A stretch of 64,000 nucleotides of DNA from the human T2T-CHM13v2.0 reference genome, Homo sapiens. Below, piece after piece: positions 44,040-56,042 of this stretch. The translations under genes were made by a program, and so were the position numbers. The stretch lies in the NCBI RefSeq assembly GCF_009914755.1, contig NC_060937.1; one strand, 5' to 3'. Each line of letters opens with the position of its first letter. Position 1 is the stretch's first letter. Under the pieces are notes generated by a model. That model ran no database searches. It worked only from the letters and a program-made list of their open reading frames with translations, and was not told where the DNA came from.

Positions 44040-44358
44040 GAGATGCTCCTTTACTTATTATGGGGTTACATTTTGGTAACTCCATCATAAGGTGAAAATA
44101 TAAGCCAAAAATTCATGTAATACACCTAACCTATCAAACGTCATAGCTTAGCCTAGCTTACTGTAAACATGCTTGGAACACTTATAGTAGCATACATTTG
44201 GGCAAAATCATCCAACGTGAATCGTATTTTGTAATAAAGTGTTGAAAAAAGTAAAATTTAAAATTCAAAGTTTAGTTTTCATTGAATATGTAATACTTTG
44301 ACTCTACCATAGCAAAGTTAAAAAATGAGAAGTAAAACCATAATTCTGGAACTGTCTG
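44040..44358 (+). mobile_element. MER47 (Tigger5 derivative) MITE
   Basis: TA-flanked; 'agatgctcct..actta..atggggttac', 'aatacacctaacctatcaaac.tcatagcttagcctagc'. Confidence 0.85.
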
Positions 44359-45243
44359 TACATTGAAATAAACTATAAATTATATAATTATAAATTAGAA
44401 TAAATAAATGATATGTATGCGATATATATGTAACAAAATGTCTGACATATTTTATTTCTAGAAAATATATGCAGTAATTTTTCAAATACATTATCTTAAT
44501 TTAAAGAAATATTGACTAAAAAAGACCATGGAGATCAGTTTCTAATCTCAGTGTAGCAATATGAATATTAATCATAAAACAGAAAGGAAAATCTAATTCC
44601 TCTAAATTATAATAAAACATAAAATTAAATGTTAAATACAAATATCATATCATAAAAATCAAAACCAAAATTTCAATATTTCAAAATATCTACAAAATAC
44701 ATATGATTAAACAAGTCATGTGTCAAAACATAGAATAAAGCAATGCTTTGATAAATTACTTTTCTAGGTAAGGCTATATTAAATAAGTATGTAAAGCATT
44801 ATAAATACCAACTTAGCAAAAATATAACAAAGTGGAGATCAAAATAAAGAATAAGTAAAAGTGAAATAAAAAATTATTAATAAAGTATGAAATAAAATAT
44901 GAGTGTAGATTTTTTGTGATATTATACAAGAGATAGGATAAAAGGGATTAATCTAATAGTTAAAATAAAGGAAGCAGTTCTACTAATAGCAATATGTATT
45001 GTCTTATTGTATGTAATTTATGGAGACATATCAATATAATTTATAAAATGTAATTTATAAAAATAGACAAAAATTAGGATTTTTTTGCTTCTAGAAAAGC
45101 GCTGTGTATGAAACATAACGTTTTGTTTTCTAAAAATTAAAAAGGCATAATTCAACATCAGCTTCATAAGAGTACTGTATATGAATATGTTGGTTTATTC
45201 AAACGCATGTATCCTCATAAAATATAGACCACTGACGTCAAAG

Positions 45244-45659
45244 TGATAGATGCAGGAGACAGATGAAGGAAGGTATCCAGAGAATCTCTCACTCGCCCCA
45301 CAAGAGTTTACATCAGATGCTTTTGTGCAGATAAAGGAACCTGCCCAGGGCCTTAACTGGGTGTGCCCACATCGAACTGGGGACCTGCCTATGCACTGGG
45401 AGAGTGGGGTGGAGCCACTGGGAATTTGCACGTTGTGTAGTAGGGAGGAGCTTGGCCTCTTTAGCCTATATGTGGTGGTCTGGTATTCTGTCTGTGAGAT
45501 GGGAGAGTGTTGGCAGGACTTCTTTTTTGTTGCTGAGAGCTTTCTTTTAATAAATTCTGTTCTCCTCACCTTTCAATGTGTCCACATGCCTAATTTTTTC
45601 CTGGTCATGGGACAAGAACCAGGGTTTTGGCTGAGCTAAGGAGCAAAAATCCTTCATCA
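45244..45659 (+). mobile_element. ERV1-class solo LTR (subfamily not assigned)
   Basis: TG..CA termini, aataaa at ~45549, perfect 4-bp TSD aaag at 45240-45243 and 45660-45663. Confidence 0.88.
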
Positions 45660-47284
45660 AAAGGAGACCAATTAAATTAAATAGAACAATTATCTGCCAC
45701 TGAAATGAAAGTTGATAAATTCTACAAAACACAGATCACGCAAAAGCAGCATAAAACTCTCATATGTTAATTTTGATTGGAAATAACAGTTAATATTAAA
45801 ATTATCCATATCATAAAATTAAGTTATGAGGCAGATGTTTTGGTAATAATTAGTAAAATATATATGATGTACTATTTATGATACACACAAATATGTGTGT
45901 GTGTTCATATATGCTGACACACAACAAATTTTCTTGATATATGTGAGAAAGAGAAAATTGAAGAGAGGGGCCAAGATGTCTGAATAGGAACAGATCCAGT
46001 CTGCAGTTCCCAGCAAGACCAAGGCAGAAGGAGCTGATTTCTGCATTCCCAGCTGAGGTACCCAGTTCATCTCCCTGGGACTGGTTAGGCACTGGTTCCA
46101 CCCACAGAGGGTGAGCAGAAGCAGGGTGGGGCGTCACTTTACCCCAGAAGTGCAAGGAGTGAGGGACCTCCCTCCCTGAGCCTAGGTAAGCCATGAGGGA
46201 CTGTGCTAACCAGCCGGGTTACTACGCTTTTCACATGCATTTTGTAATCTTCAAATCAGGAGATTCCCTCATGTGCCTATACCACCAGGGCCCTGGGTTT
46301 CAAGCACAAAACTGGGCAGCTGTTTGGGCAGACACTGAGCTAGCTGCAAGAGTATTTTTTTGTACCCCAGTGGTGCTTAGAACCCAGCAAGACAGAACTG
46401 TTAACTCCCCTGAGAAAATGGCTGAAGAGAGGGAGCCAAGTGATCTCACTCCATGGGTCCCACTCACATGGAACCCATTAAGCTAAGAACCACTGGCTTA
46501 AAATTCTCACTGCCAGCACAGCCGGCTGAAGTTGATCTGGGATGATCCAGCTTCGCGTGGGGAGGGATGTCTGCCGTTACTGAGGCTTTAGTAGGTGATT
46601 TTCCCCTGACAGTGCTAAGGAGGCTGGGAGATTGGGACTGTAGGCAGCAAAGCAGATGTGGCCAGACTGCTTTTCTAGACTCCTCCTCACTGGGCAGGGC
46701 ATCTCTGAAGAGAAGATACAAGCCCCAGTCAGGGACTTACAGACAAAACCCCCATCTATCTGGGACAAAGCACCTGAGGGAAGGGGTGGCTGGGCGCCCA
46801 GCTTTACCGGATTTACTCGTTTCTGCCTGCTGGCTCTGAAGAGAGCAACTGATCCTGACAAGAGGGATTCTCCCAGCACAGTGCACCAGCTCTGCTAAGA
46901 GACAGACTACTTCCTCAAGAGGGTCCGTGATCCCCATGCCTCCTGGACTGGGAGAAACCTCCCAGCAGGGGTTGACAGACACCTCATACAGGAGGGCTCT
47001 GGCAGGCATCAGGCCGGTGGCCCTCTGGGACAAAGCTTCCAGGGGAAGGAACAAGCAACAATCTTTGCTGTTCTGCAGCCTCCACTGGTGATAACCAGGA
47101 GAACAGGGTCTGGAGTGGACCTGCAGCAAACTGCAGCAGACCTGCAGAAGAGGGGCCAGATTGTTAGAAGAAAAACTAACAAACAGAAAGCAACAATATC
47201 AACATCAACATAAAGGACCCCCACGCAAAAACCCCCTCCAAAGGTCATCAGCCTGAAAGATCAAAGGTAGATAAATGCACAAAG

Positions 47285-48317
47285 ATGAGAAAAAACCAGC
47301 GCAAAAGGGCTGAAAATTCCAAAACCCAGAATGCCTCTTCTCCTCCAAATTACTGCAACTCTTCTCCAGCAAGGGCACAAAACTGGACAGACAACGAGAT
47401 TGACGAACTGACAGAAGTAGGCTTCAGAAGGTGGGTAATAACAAATTCTTCTGAGCTAAAGGAGCATGTTCTAACTCAATGCAAGGAAGCTAAAACCTTG
47501 ATAAAAGTTTACAAGAAATGCTAACTAGAATAAACTGTTTAGAGAGGAACATGAATGACCTTATGGAGCTGAAAAACACAGCATGAGGACTTTGTGAAGC
47601 ATACACAAGTATCAACAGCCAAATCGATCAAGTGGAAGAAAGGATATCAGAGATTGAAGATCAACCTACTGAAATAAGGTGTGAAGACAAGATTAGAGAA
47701 AAAATAATGAAAAGGAATGAACAAAGCCTCCAAGAAATATGGGACTATGTGAAAAGACCAAACCTATGATTGACTGTGTACCTGAAAGTGACAGGGAGAA
47801 CAGAACCAAGTTGGAAAACACAACTCTGGATACTATCCAGGAGAACTTCCCCAATCTATCAACACAGGCCAACATTCAAATTCAGGAAATACAGAGAACA
47901 CCACTAAGATACTCCTCAAGAAGAGCAACCCAAAGACACATAATTATCAGATTCTCCAAGGATGTAACAAAGGAAAAAATGTTAAGGGCATCAAGAAAGA
48001 AAGGTCAGGTTACCCACAAAGGGAAGCCCATCAGACTAACAGTGGACATCTCTGCAGAAACCCTACAAGCCAGAAGACAGTGGGGGCCAATATTCAACTT
48101 TCTTAGAGAAAATAAATTTCAACCCAGAATTTCATATCCAGCCAAACCAAGCTTCATAAATGAAGGAGAAATAAAATCCTTTATAGACAAGCAAATGCTG
48201 AGGGATTTTGTAACCACCACGCGTGCTTTACAAGAGCCCCTGAAGGAAGCACTAAATATAGAAAGGAAAAAACTGGTCCCAGCCACTGCAAAAACACCAA
48301 AATATAAAGACCAATGA
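47285..48317 (+). pseudogene. L1 ORF1p, frameshifted
   Basis: MRKNQRKRAENSK... and ...KGKPIRLTVDISAETLQARRQWGPIF...FQPRISYPAK split over several ORF-track entries. Confidence 0.95.
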
Positions 48318-48370
48318 CTCTATGAAGAGACTGCATCAACTAATGCCCAAAATAACCAGCTAGTATCATG

Positions 48371-51300
48371 ATGACAGGATGAAATTCACACATAATATTA
48401 ACCTTAAATGTAAATGGGCTACATGTGCCAATTAAAAGACACAGACCGGCAATTATACAAAGAGTCAAGACTCATTGGTGTACTGTATTCAGCAGACCCA
48501 TCTCACATGCAAAGACACACATAAGCTCAAAATAAAGGGATGGGGAAATATTTATCAAGCAAATGGAAAGTGAAAAAAAAGCAGGGGTTGCAATTCTAGT
48601 CTCTGATAAAACAGACTTTAAACCAACAAAGATTAAAAAAGACAAAGAAGGGCGTTACATAATGGTAAAGGGATCAACAAGAAGAGCTAACTATCTTAAA
48701 TACATATGTACCCAATACAGGAGCACCCAGATTCATAAAACAAGTTCTTAGAGACCTACGAAGAAACTTAGACTCCCAAACAATAATAGTGGGAGACATT
48801 AACACCCAATTGTCAATATTAGAAAGACCAATGAGACAGAAAATTAACAAGCATATTCAGGACTTGAACTTAGCTCTAGACCAAGTGGACCTAATAGACA
48901 TCTACAGAACTCTCCACCCCAAATTAACAGAATATACATTCTTCTCAGTGCCACATGGCACTTATTCTAAAATTGACCACATAATTGGAAGTAAAACACT
49001 CCTCAGCAAAAGGAAAATATGGGAAATCATAACAAACAGTCTCTCAGACCACAGTACAATCAAATTAGAACTCAGGATTAGGAAACTTACTCAAAACCGC
49101 ACAACTACATGGAAATTGAACAACCTGCTCCTGAATGACTCCTTGGTAAATAACGAAATTAAGGCAGAAATAAAGAAGTTCTTTGAAACCAATGAGAACA
49201 AAGAAACAATGAACCAGAATCTCTGGGACAAAGCTACAGCAGTGTTAAGAGGGAAATTTATTGCACTAAATACCCACAACAGAAAGCTGGAAAGATCTAA
49301 AATCGACACCCTAATATCACAATTAAAAGAACTAGAGAAGCAAGAGCAGACAAATTCAAAAGCTAGCAGAAGACAGAAATAACTAAGATCAAAGCAGAAC
49401 TGAAGGAGACAGAGACATGAAAAACCCCTGAAAAAAAAAAATCCAGGAGCTGGTTTTTTGAAAAGATTTACAAAATAGATGGACCACTAGCTAGACTAAT
49501 AAAGAAGAAAAGAGAGAAGAATCAAATAGACACAATAAAAAATGATAAAGGGAATATCACCACCAATCTCACAGAAATACAAACTACCATCAGAGAATAC
49601 TATAAACACCTCTACGCAAATAAACTAGAATATCTAGAAAAAATGGATAAATTCCTGGACACATACACCCTTCCAAGACTAAAACAGGAAGAAGTCAGAT
49701 CCTTGAATAGACTAATAACAAGTTCTGAAATTGAGGAGCTACTTAATAGCCTATCAACCAACAAAAGCCCAGGACCAGATGGAATCACAGTCAAATTCTA
49801 TCAGAGGTACAAAAAGGATCTGACACCATTGCCTCTGAATCTATTAGAAACAATAGAAAAAGAAAGACTCCTCCTTAACTCATATATAAGGCCAGCATCA
49901 TCCTGATACCAAAACCTGGCAGAGACACAACAAAGAAAGAAAATTTCAGGCCAATATCTCCGATAAACATTGATGTGAAAATCCTCAGTAAAATACAGGT
50001 ATACCAAATCCAGCAGCATATCAAAAAGCTTATCCACCAACGATCCAGTCGGCTTCATCCCTGGGATGTAAGTCTAGTTCAACATATGCAAATCAATAAA
50101 CGTAATTCATCATATAAACAGAATCAATGACAAAAACCACACGATTATCTCAACAGATGCAGAAAAGGCTTTTGATAAAATTCAACATCTCTTCATGCTA
50201 AAAACTCTCAATAAACCAGGTGTTGATGAAACATATCCCAAAATAATAAGAGCTATTCATGACAAACCCATAGCCAATAACATACTGAATGGGCAAAAGC
50301 TGTAAGCATTCCCTTTGAAAACTGGCACAAGACAAGGATGCCCTCTCTTACCATTCCTATTCACCATAGTATTGGAAGTTCTGGCCAGGGCAATCAGGCC
50401 AAAGAAAGAAATAAAGGGTGTCAAATAGGAAGAGACGAAGTCAAATTGTTTCTGTTTGCAGACGACATGATTGTATATTTACAAAACCCCATTGTCTTAT
50501 CACAAAAACTCCTTAAGCTGATAAGTAAATTCAGCAGTCTCAGGAGACAAAATCAACGTGCAAAAAAACACAGGCATTCCTGTACACCAACAATAGACAA
50601 GCAGAGAGTGAAATCATGAGTGAACTCCCATTCACAATTGCTACAAAGATAATAAAGTACCTAGGAATAAAACTTACAAGGGACGTGAAGGACCTCTTTA
50701 AGGAGAACTACAAATCGCTACTCAAGGAAATAAGAGAGAACACAAACAAATTGAAAATTATCCCATGCTCCTTGATAGGAAGAATCAATATCATGAAAAT
50801 GGCCATACTGCCCAAAATAACTCATAGACTTAATGCTATTCCCATCAAGCTACCAGTGGCTTTCTTTGCAGAATTAGAAGAAACTGCTTTACATTTCATA
50901 TGGAACAACAAAAGAGCCCATATAGCCAAGACAATCCTAAGCAAAAAGAACAAAGCTGGAGGCATCATGCTACCTGACTTCAAACAATATTACAAGGCTA
51001 CAGTAACCAAAACAGCATGGTACTGGTACCAAAACAGATATATAAACCAATGGAACAGAATAGAGGCTCAGAAATAACACCACACAACTACAACCATCTG
51101 ATCTTTGCAAACCTGACAAAACCAAGCAATGGGGAAACGATTCCTTATTTAATAAATGGTGTTGGGAAAACTGGCTATCCATATGTTGAAAACAGAAACT
51201 GGACTCCTTCCTTACACCTTATACAAAAATTAACTCAAGATGGATTAAAGACTTAAACATAAAACCTAAAACCATAAAAACCCTAGAGGAAAACCTAGGC

Positions 51301-52168
51301 AATAAAATTCAGGACATAGGCAGAGGCAAAGACTTCATGATGAAAACACCAAAAGCAATTGCAACAAAAGCCAAAATTGACAAATGGGATCTAATTAAAC
51401 TAAAGAGCTTCTGCACAGTGAAAGAAACTGTCATCAGAGTTAACAGGAAACCTACAGAATGGGAGAAAATTTTTGCAAGCCACCCATCTGACAAAGGTCT
51501 AATATCCAGAATCTACAAGGAACATAACAAATTTACAGGAAAAAACAAGCAAACAACCCCATTAAAAAGTGGGCAAAGGATATGAACAGACACTTCTCAA
51601 AAGAAGACATTATGCAGCCAACAAACATGAAAAAAAAGCTCATCATCACTGCTCATTAAAGCAATGCACATCAAAACCACAATAAGATACCATCTCATAC
51701 CAGTTAGAATGGTGATTATTAAAATGTCAGAAAACAAAAGATGCTGGTGAGGATGTGGAGAAATAGAATGCTTTTACAGTATTGGTGGGAGTGCAAATTA
51801 GTTCAACCATTGCAGAAGACTGTGTGATGATTCCTCAAGGATCTAGGAACAGAAATACCATTTGATCCAGCAATCCCATTACTGTGTGTATACCCAAAGG
51901 ACTATAAGTCATTCTACTATAAAGATACAGTATTGAAGCACTATTTACGATAGCAAAGACTTGGAACCAACCCAAATGCCCATCAATGGTAGACTGGATA
52001 AAGAAAATGTGGCACACATATACCATGGAATACTATGAAGCCATTAAAAATAATGAGTTCATGTCCTTTTTAGGGACATGGATGAAGCTGGAAGCCATCA
52101 TTCTCAGCAAACTAATACAGGAACAGAAAACAAAACAACGCATGTTCTCATTCATAAGTGGGAGCTGA
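48371..52168 (+). pseudogene. L1 ORF2p (endonuclease/RT), multiply disrupted
   Basis: Fragments [54 protein letters not shown]; stops and frameshifts. Confidence 0.95.
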
Positions 52169-52704
52169 ACAATGAGAACACATGGACACAGGGAGGGGAA
52201 GATCACACACTGGGGCCTCTCGGAGTGTGGGGGATAAGGGGAGGGAGAGCATTAGGACAAACACCTAATGCATGCAGGGCTTAAGACGTAAATGACAGGT
52301 TGATGGGTGCAGCAAATCACCATGGCACATGTATACCTATATAACAAACCTGAACGTTCTGCACTTGTATCCCAGAACTTAAAGTAAACCAAAAAAAAAA
52401 AAAAAAAGAAAGAAAGAGAAAAAAAAGAGGGAGAAAATTGAAAGTTTAATTGTATATTCCAAAGTACTGGGGTCTTTTTTGTAGTTTTTTTTTTTTTCAG
52501 TTAAAACTATGTCAATTTTTAAAAGTGGAAATATTTAAAATTATCAAAGAGAAGTCATAGATTGCTAAGAATGAAAATAACAAGAAACTTGCTGAACTAA
52601 TTAAGAGGAGACTGCAAATAAGTATGTTTCTTAAGGTAATAGAAGAGGAGTTAAATTCAGAGAAACTCTTAAATGTTGTTAATGGGTTAAATTTGGGTTT
52701 ATTG

Positions 52705-52840
52705 CTAACAAATGCACACACCTGGATTTTTTTTTTCTTGATTCCGTTCTGGAAAAAATATGAACAATCATCTGCGCCATCTGCTGATGACCATCTGTTG
52801 AGGGAAGGGAGTGGTATCATATTTGTTTAACAAACACTTT
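52705..52840. promoter_or_regulatory. Candidate enhancer: cluster of bHLH E-boxes with SOX- and FOX-like sites
   Basis: CATCTG at 52769, 52778 and 52792; CAAATG at 52709; CACCTG at 52719; AACAAT at 52763; TGTTTAACAAACA at 52824. Motif evidence only. Confidence 0.4.
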
Positions 52841-54014
52841 AAAAAAACTAAACAGAGGAAAAAGTGTTCAGGAAACTGCTACATTTAGCACAAAGAAATG
52901 AAAATAACTGTCATCAGAATAATTTGCAAAGCAATGACCTAATTTTTAAATAGTGATTGGGGAAAAATTTTATATTGGTAGAAAATTAAGTCAACGTATC
53001 AATGTCAGATTTACAGAAAGCTTTTTTTCAAATATTGAATACATTTGAGGATGCTATTGTATGATATTCTTATCTAAACATATCACTAAAATTAATATTT
53101 TATGGTAATAATTTTTATTAACTAAATGATATTTTTATTTTTATCAATTTATTTTGCCTTATTTTTTAACATAAACTCACTGCTTTCTTGTTTTTAATTG
53201 AAAGAATAAAGAATACATGAAAGGTGAGAGGAAATGACAGAGAATTATACCATCTGTTTTCATTGACTGAAAGTAACTAAATTTAGCAAATACTATTGGT
53301 GCAACTGAGAAATTTTCAATATTATTATATTTTAGCATTTGGAAGACTGAAGGAAAATATGCTTCTTATAAGTGAGAAAAGTAAAAGTAGCTTTAATTTT
53401 AGGAGAAATTAGTATTTAGATTAATAATTATGTATAGGAAATGTGTGACTTGTTACATTTTATATATTTTTATATTTCCATGACACTACAAGTTCCTGAT
53501 TTATACCTCCTTTTTGCCAGCTTTAATCTTTATGGTTGGTTCTCTTTTATTTATTTACAAATTTCAAATCATAAAATATTCCAAACTCACAGAAACTCAC
53601 CTTTTACCCTCTTTTCTATTACTCTACAAATCTTCAGGGATATTTTCAGCCCTATATATGTCTCTGTTTGTAGCATCTTTGTTCTGATGACTACATAATC
53701 CTGCTGTTAAGAGAGGTCTCAAAGTGTGTATCTCATTGACAACTCTAACTCAATGAAACTTCTTATCTACTTTTCAAAATCTACTCTCTCACATATTTTA
53801 TTCTACTTCATAAAAAAGCTACATTTCTTTATTTGCATAAAGTTGTTTTCCAATTTACCTATGCATTTGCTCTGCATGCTTTACTGTATTAGTGCTTTAT
53901 TATAAAATGAAAGTGTCAATTTAGGATGTATTAATTGAACCCACATAATTCTAAGTTTGAATAAGAATATTAGAATAAAATTGCAGCATATTTCTTTAAA
54001 AAAGGATTAACTCT

Positions 54015-55250
54015 TTACTATGTACTGAAAAGGCCTAGTAACCCAATGGCAATGTTGAAATTGTGGTGTCTAAATACCACTTCCAACTAAAAGAGATCAG
54101 GAGTTTTAGTAGAGGTGACTGATACATAAACTGAAACAGAATATTTTAAAGACGAATCTGGAGTATAATCATAAAATAGAGCAAAAGAGTCATCAAAAGT
54201 ACTGCAATCATTCACTTTTTTCAATATTATACAGGAATTTGTATTTCATACAATGAAAAAAGAAAAGGAAATAAAAATTATGTGGATCAAGAAGTAAGAA
54301 ATAGAGCTGCCTTCTTTACAGATAGCATGATTATGTATGCAGAAAATTCAAAAGAATCAACAAAAAACCTCCTTAACCAATAAAATGATTTTAGCAAGTT
54401 TGCAGGATACTAAACTAATATATAAAAATCAAACACTTCCATATATACCAACAAATAACAATTAAAACTCGAAATTGAAAATATCATACCATTTACATTA
54501 GCACCTCTCCAGATAAAATACTTACATACAGATCTTAAAGTATATGCACAAGATACATATAAAAAATTATAAAATTCTGATAAAAAATTAGAGAATTAAA
54601 TAAGTTAAGATATATTCCATGTTTTTGAGTAAGAAAGCTCAAAGCTCAATATTGGCTAGATGTCTTTTCTTCCCGAGTTAATTCACAGATTCAACACAAT
54701 ACCAACCAGAATCCTAGCAAGTTATTTTATGAATATTGACAAGCTCATTTTCAAGTTTACATGTAGAGTCAAAAGACCCAGAACAGTCAATGCATTAAAA
54801 AAATAAGAAGAACAAAGGTGGAGGGCTGATACTATCCAACTTAAAGAATTACTATAAAGCTACAGTAATCAAGACAGTGTGGTTTGGCAAAAGAATAGTC
54901 AAATCTATCATTGCTACAGAATGAAGATTTCAGAAATAGACCCACATTAATTTAGCCAACTGATCTTTGATAAAGAAGCAAAGGTAATACAAAGAAGCAA
55001 AGGTAGCCATTTTAGCAAATGGTTCTGGAACAACTAGAAATTTATATGCAAAAAAAAATGCGTGTGCTAATTTTACATGCTTTGCAAACATTATCTCGAA
55101 ATGAATCATAAACCAACATGTAAACTCTAAAACTATAAAACTCCTGGAATATAACATAGAAAAAAAATCTAGATGACCTTGGGTATAGCAAACACTTTTT
55201 AGATGAAATACCTAAGGCATAATCTATGAAAGGAATAATTGCTAAGCCAG
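54015..55250 (+). mobile_element. Old L1M (L1MD-like) fragments, mostly ORF2 RT and C-terminal
   Basis: 'ctttacagatagcatgattatgtatgcagaaaattcaaaagaatc', 'tactataaagctacagtaatcaagacagtgtggt'. Confidence 0.8.
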
Positions 55251-55359
55251 ATGTGTTACTCGGGGTTTTCCAGAGAAACAGATTTAATGGCACACACATG
55301 CACACACGCGCACACACACACACACAAACACATATGAATATTATATACACACACTCACA

Positions 55360-56042
55360 TGAGGAAACTTCAAAAAGTTCATAAACATATAATTAAGAAA
55401 AAAATTAAAAGTATAAACTTTATTTCACAACATAAGTTTAATCAAGTTCAAAACACTTTTATAAGTGATGATACCAGCCATTTAGTTTATTCCTAAAAAA
55501 TTGAAGGTTCAGAGAGTTTAGCAACATCAATGCAGTCTTTTTTACATTATGAACTGAAGAAAAATGGGTGCTCTTTAATGATTTTTTAAGGTTAGAAAAC
55601 AAAAAGAAGTCCATACTTCCTGTTTACTCTACAGATCTATAAACCAAAATAAAACTCTTTTTAAAATAAATTACCCAGCCACAGGTATTTCTTCAGAGCA
55701 ATGCCAGAACGGACTAAAAGGCAGGAACTATTTTAATTTTTTCTCACAAATTGATGTGGACTGTCTGCCACTGTGGGCTTCATGTCAAAAATCATCTTTT
55801 TACTTCTTAAAATGAGTTATCCATTTGTAAACTGCTGCTTTATTGTGGCATTTTATTAATAAACTTTTTGTGAACTTTTATCAATGATTGCACTATTTTT
55901 CCACTCAAGCTTCACCATAAATTTGATGTTTGCTTCTTGTTCCAATGGTAGCAGAATTTGTGTTTCTCTGATAAAGATTCTTTTCAAACTGATGTTGTGT
56001 CCTTCTTAGTGCATCAAACTAGAGCCTCTTCAGCATGTTATA
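55360..56042 (-). mobile_element. Hsmar2 mariner remnant with internal deletion
   Basis: Terminal-repeat-like 'gagg..acttcaaaaagttcat', then 'tgataccagccatttagt', 'gaagaaaaatgggtgc', 'aaactagagcct'. Confidence 0.75.
55612..55720 (+). mobile_element. MST-family LTR 3' fragment
   Basis: 'ccaaaataaaactcttt..aaataaattacccagccacaggtatttcttcagagcaatgc.agaacggactaa'. Confidence 0.75.

Larger units (their letters stand above)
45963..52430 (+). mobile_element. Full-length L1PA8-like LINE-1 (~6.5 kb), inactive
   Basis: 5' 'ggccaagatg..gaataggaacag', ~1.3-kb 5'UTR, ORF1, ORF2, 3'UTR 'gcattaggacaaa.acctaatgcatgc', A tail, TSD gagaaaattgaa at 45951-45962 and 52431-52442. Confidence 0.97.

Noticed and set aside
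45195-45639. Overlapping 124-aa and 129-aa ORFs
   Set aside because: Both fall in an ERV1 LTR with TSD and are chance open frames in GC-richer sequence
47739-52168. Active L1 or expressed reverse transcriptase
   Set aside because: ORF1 and ORF2 are split into many fragments by stops and frameshifts
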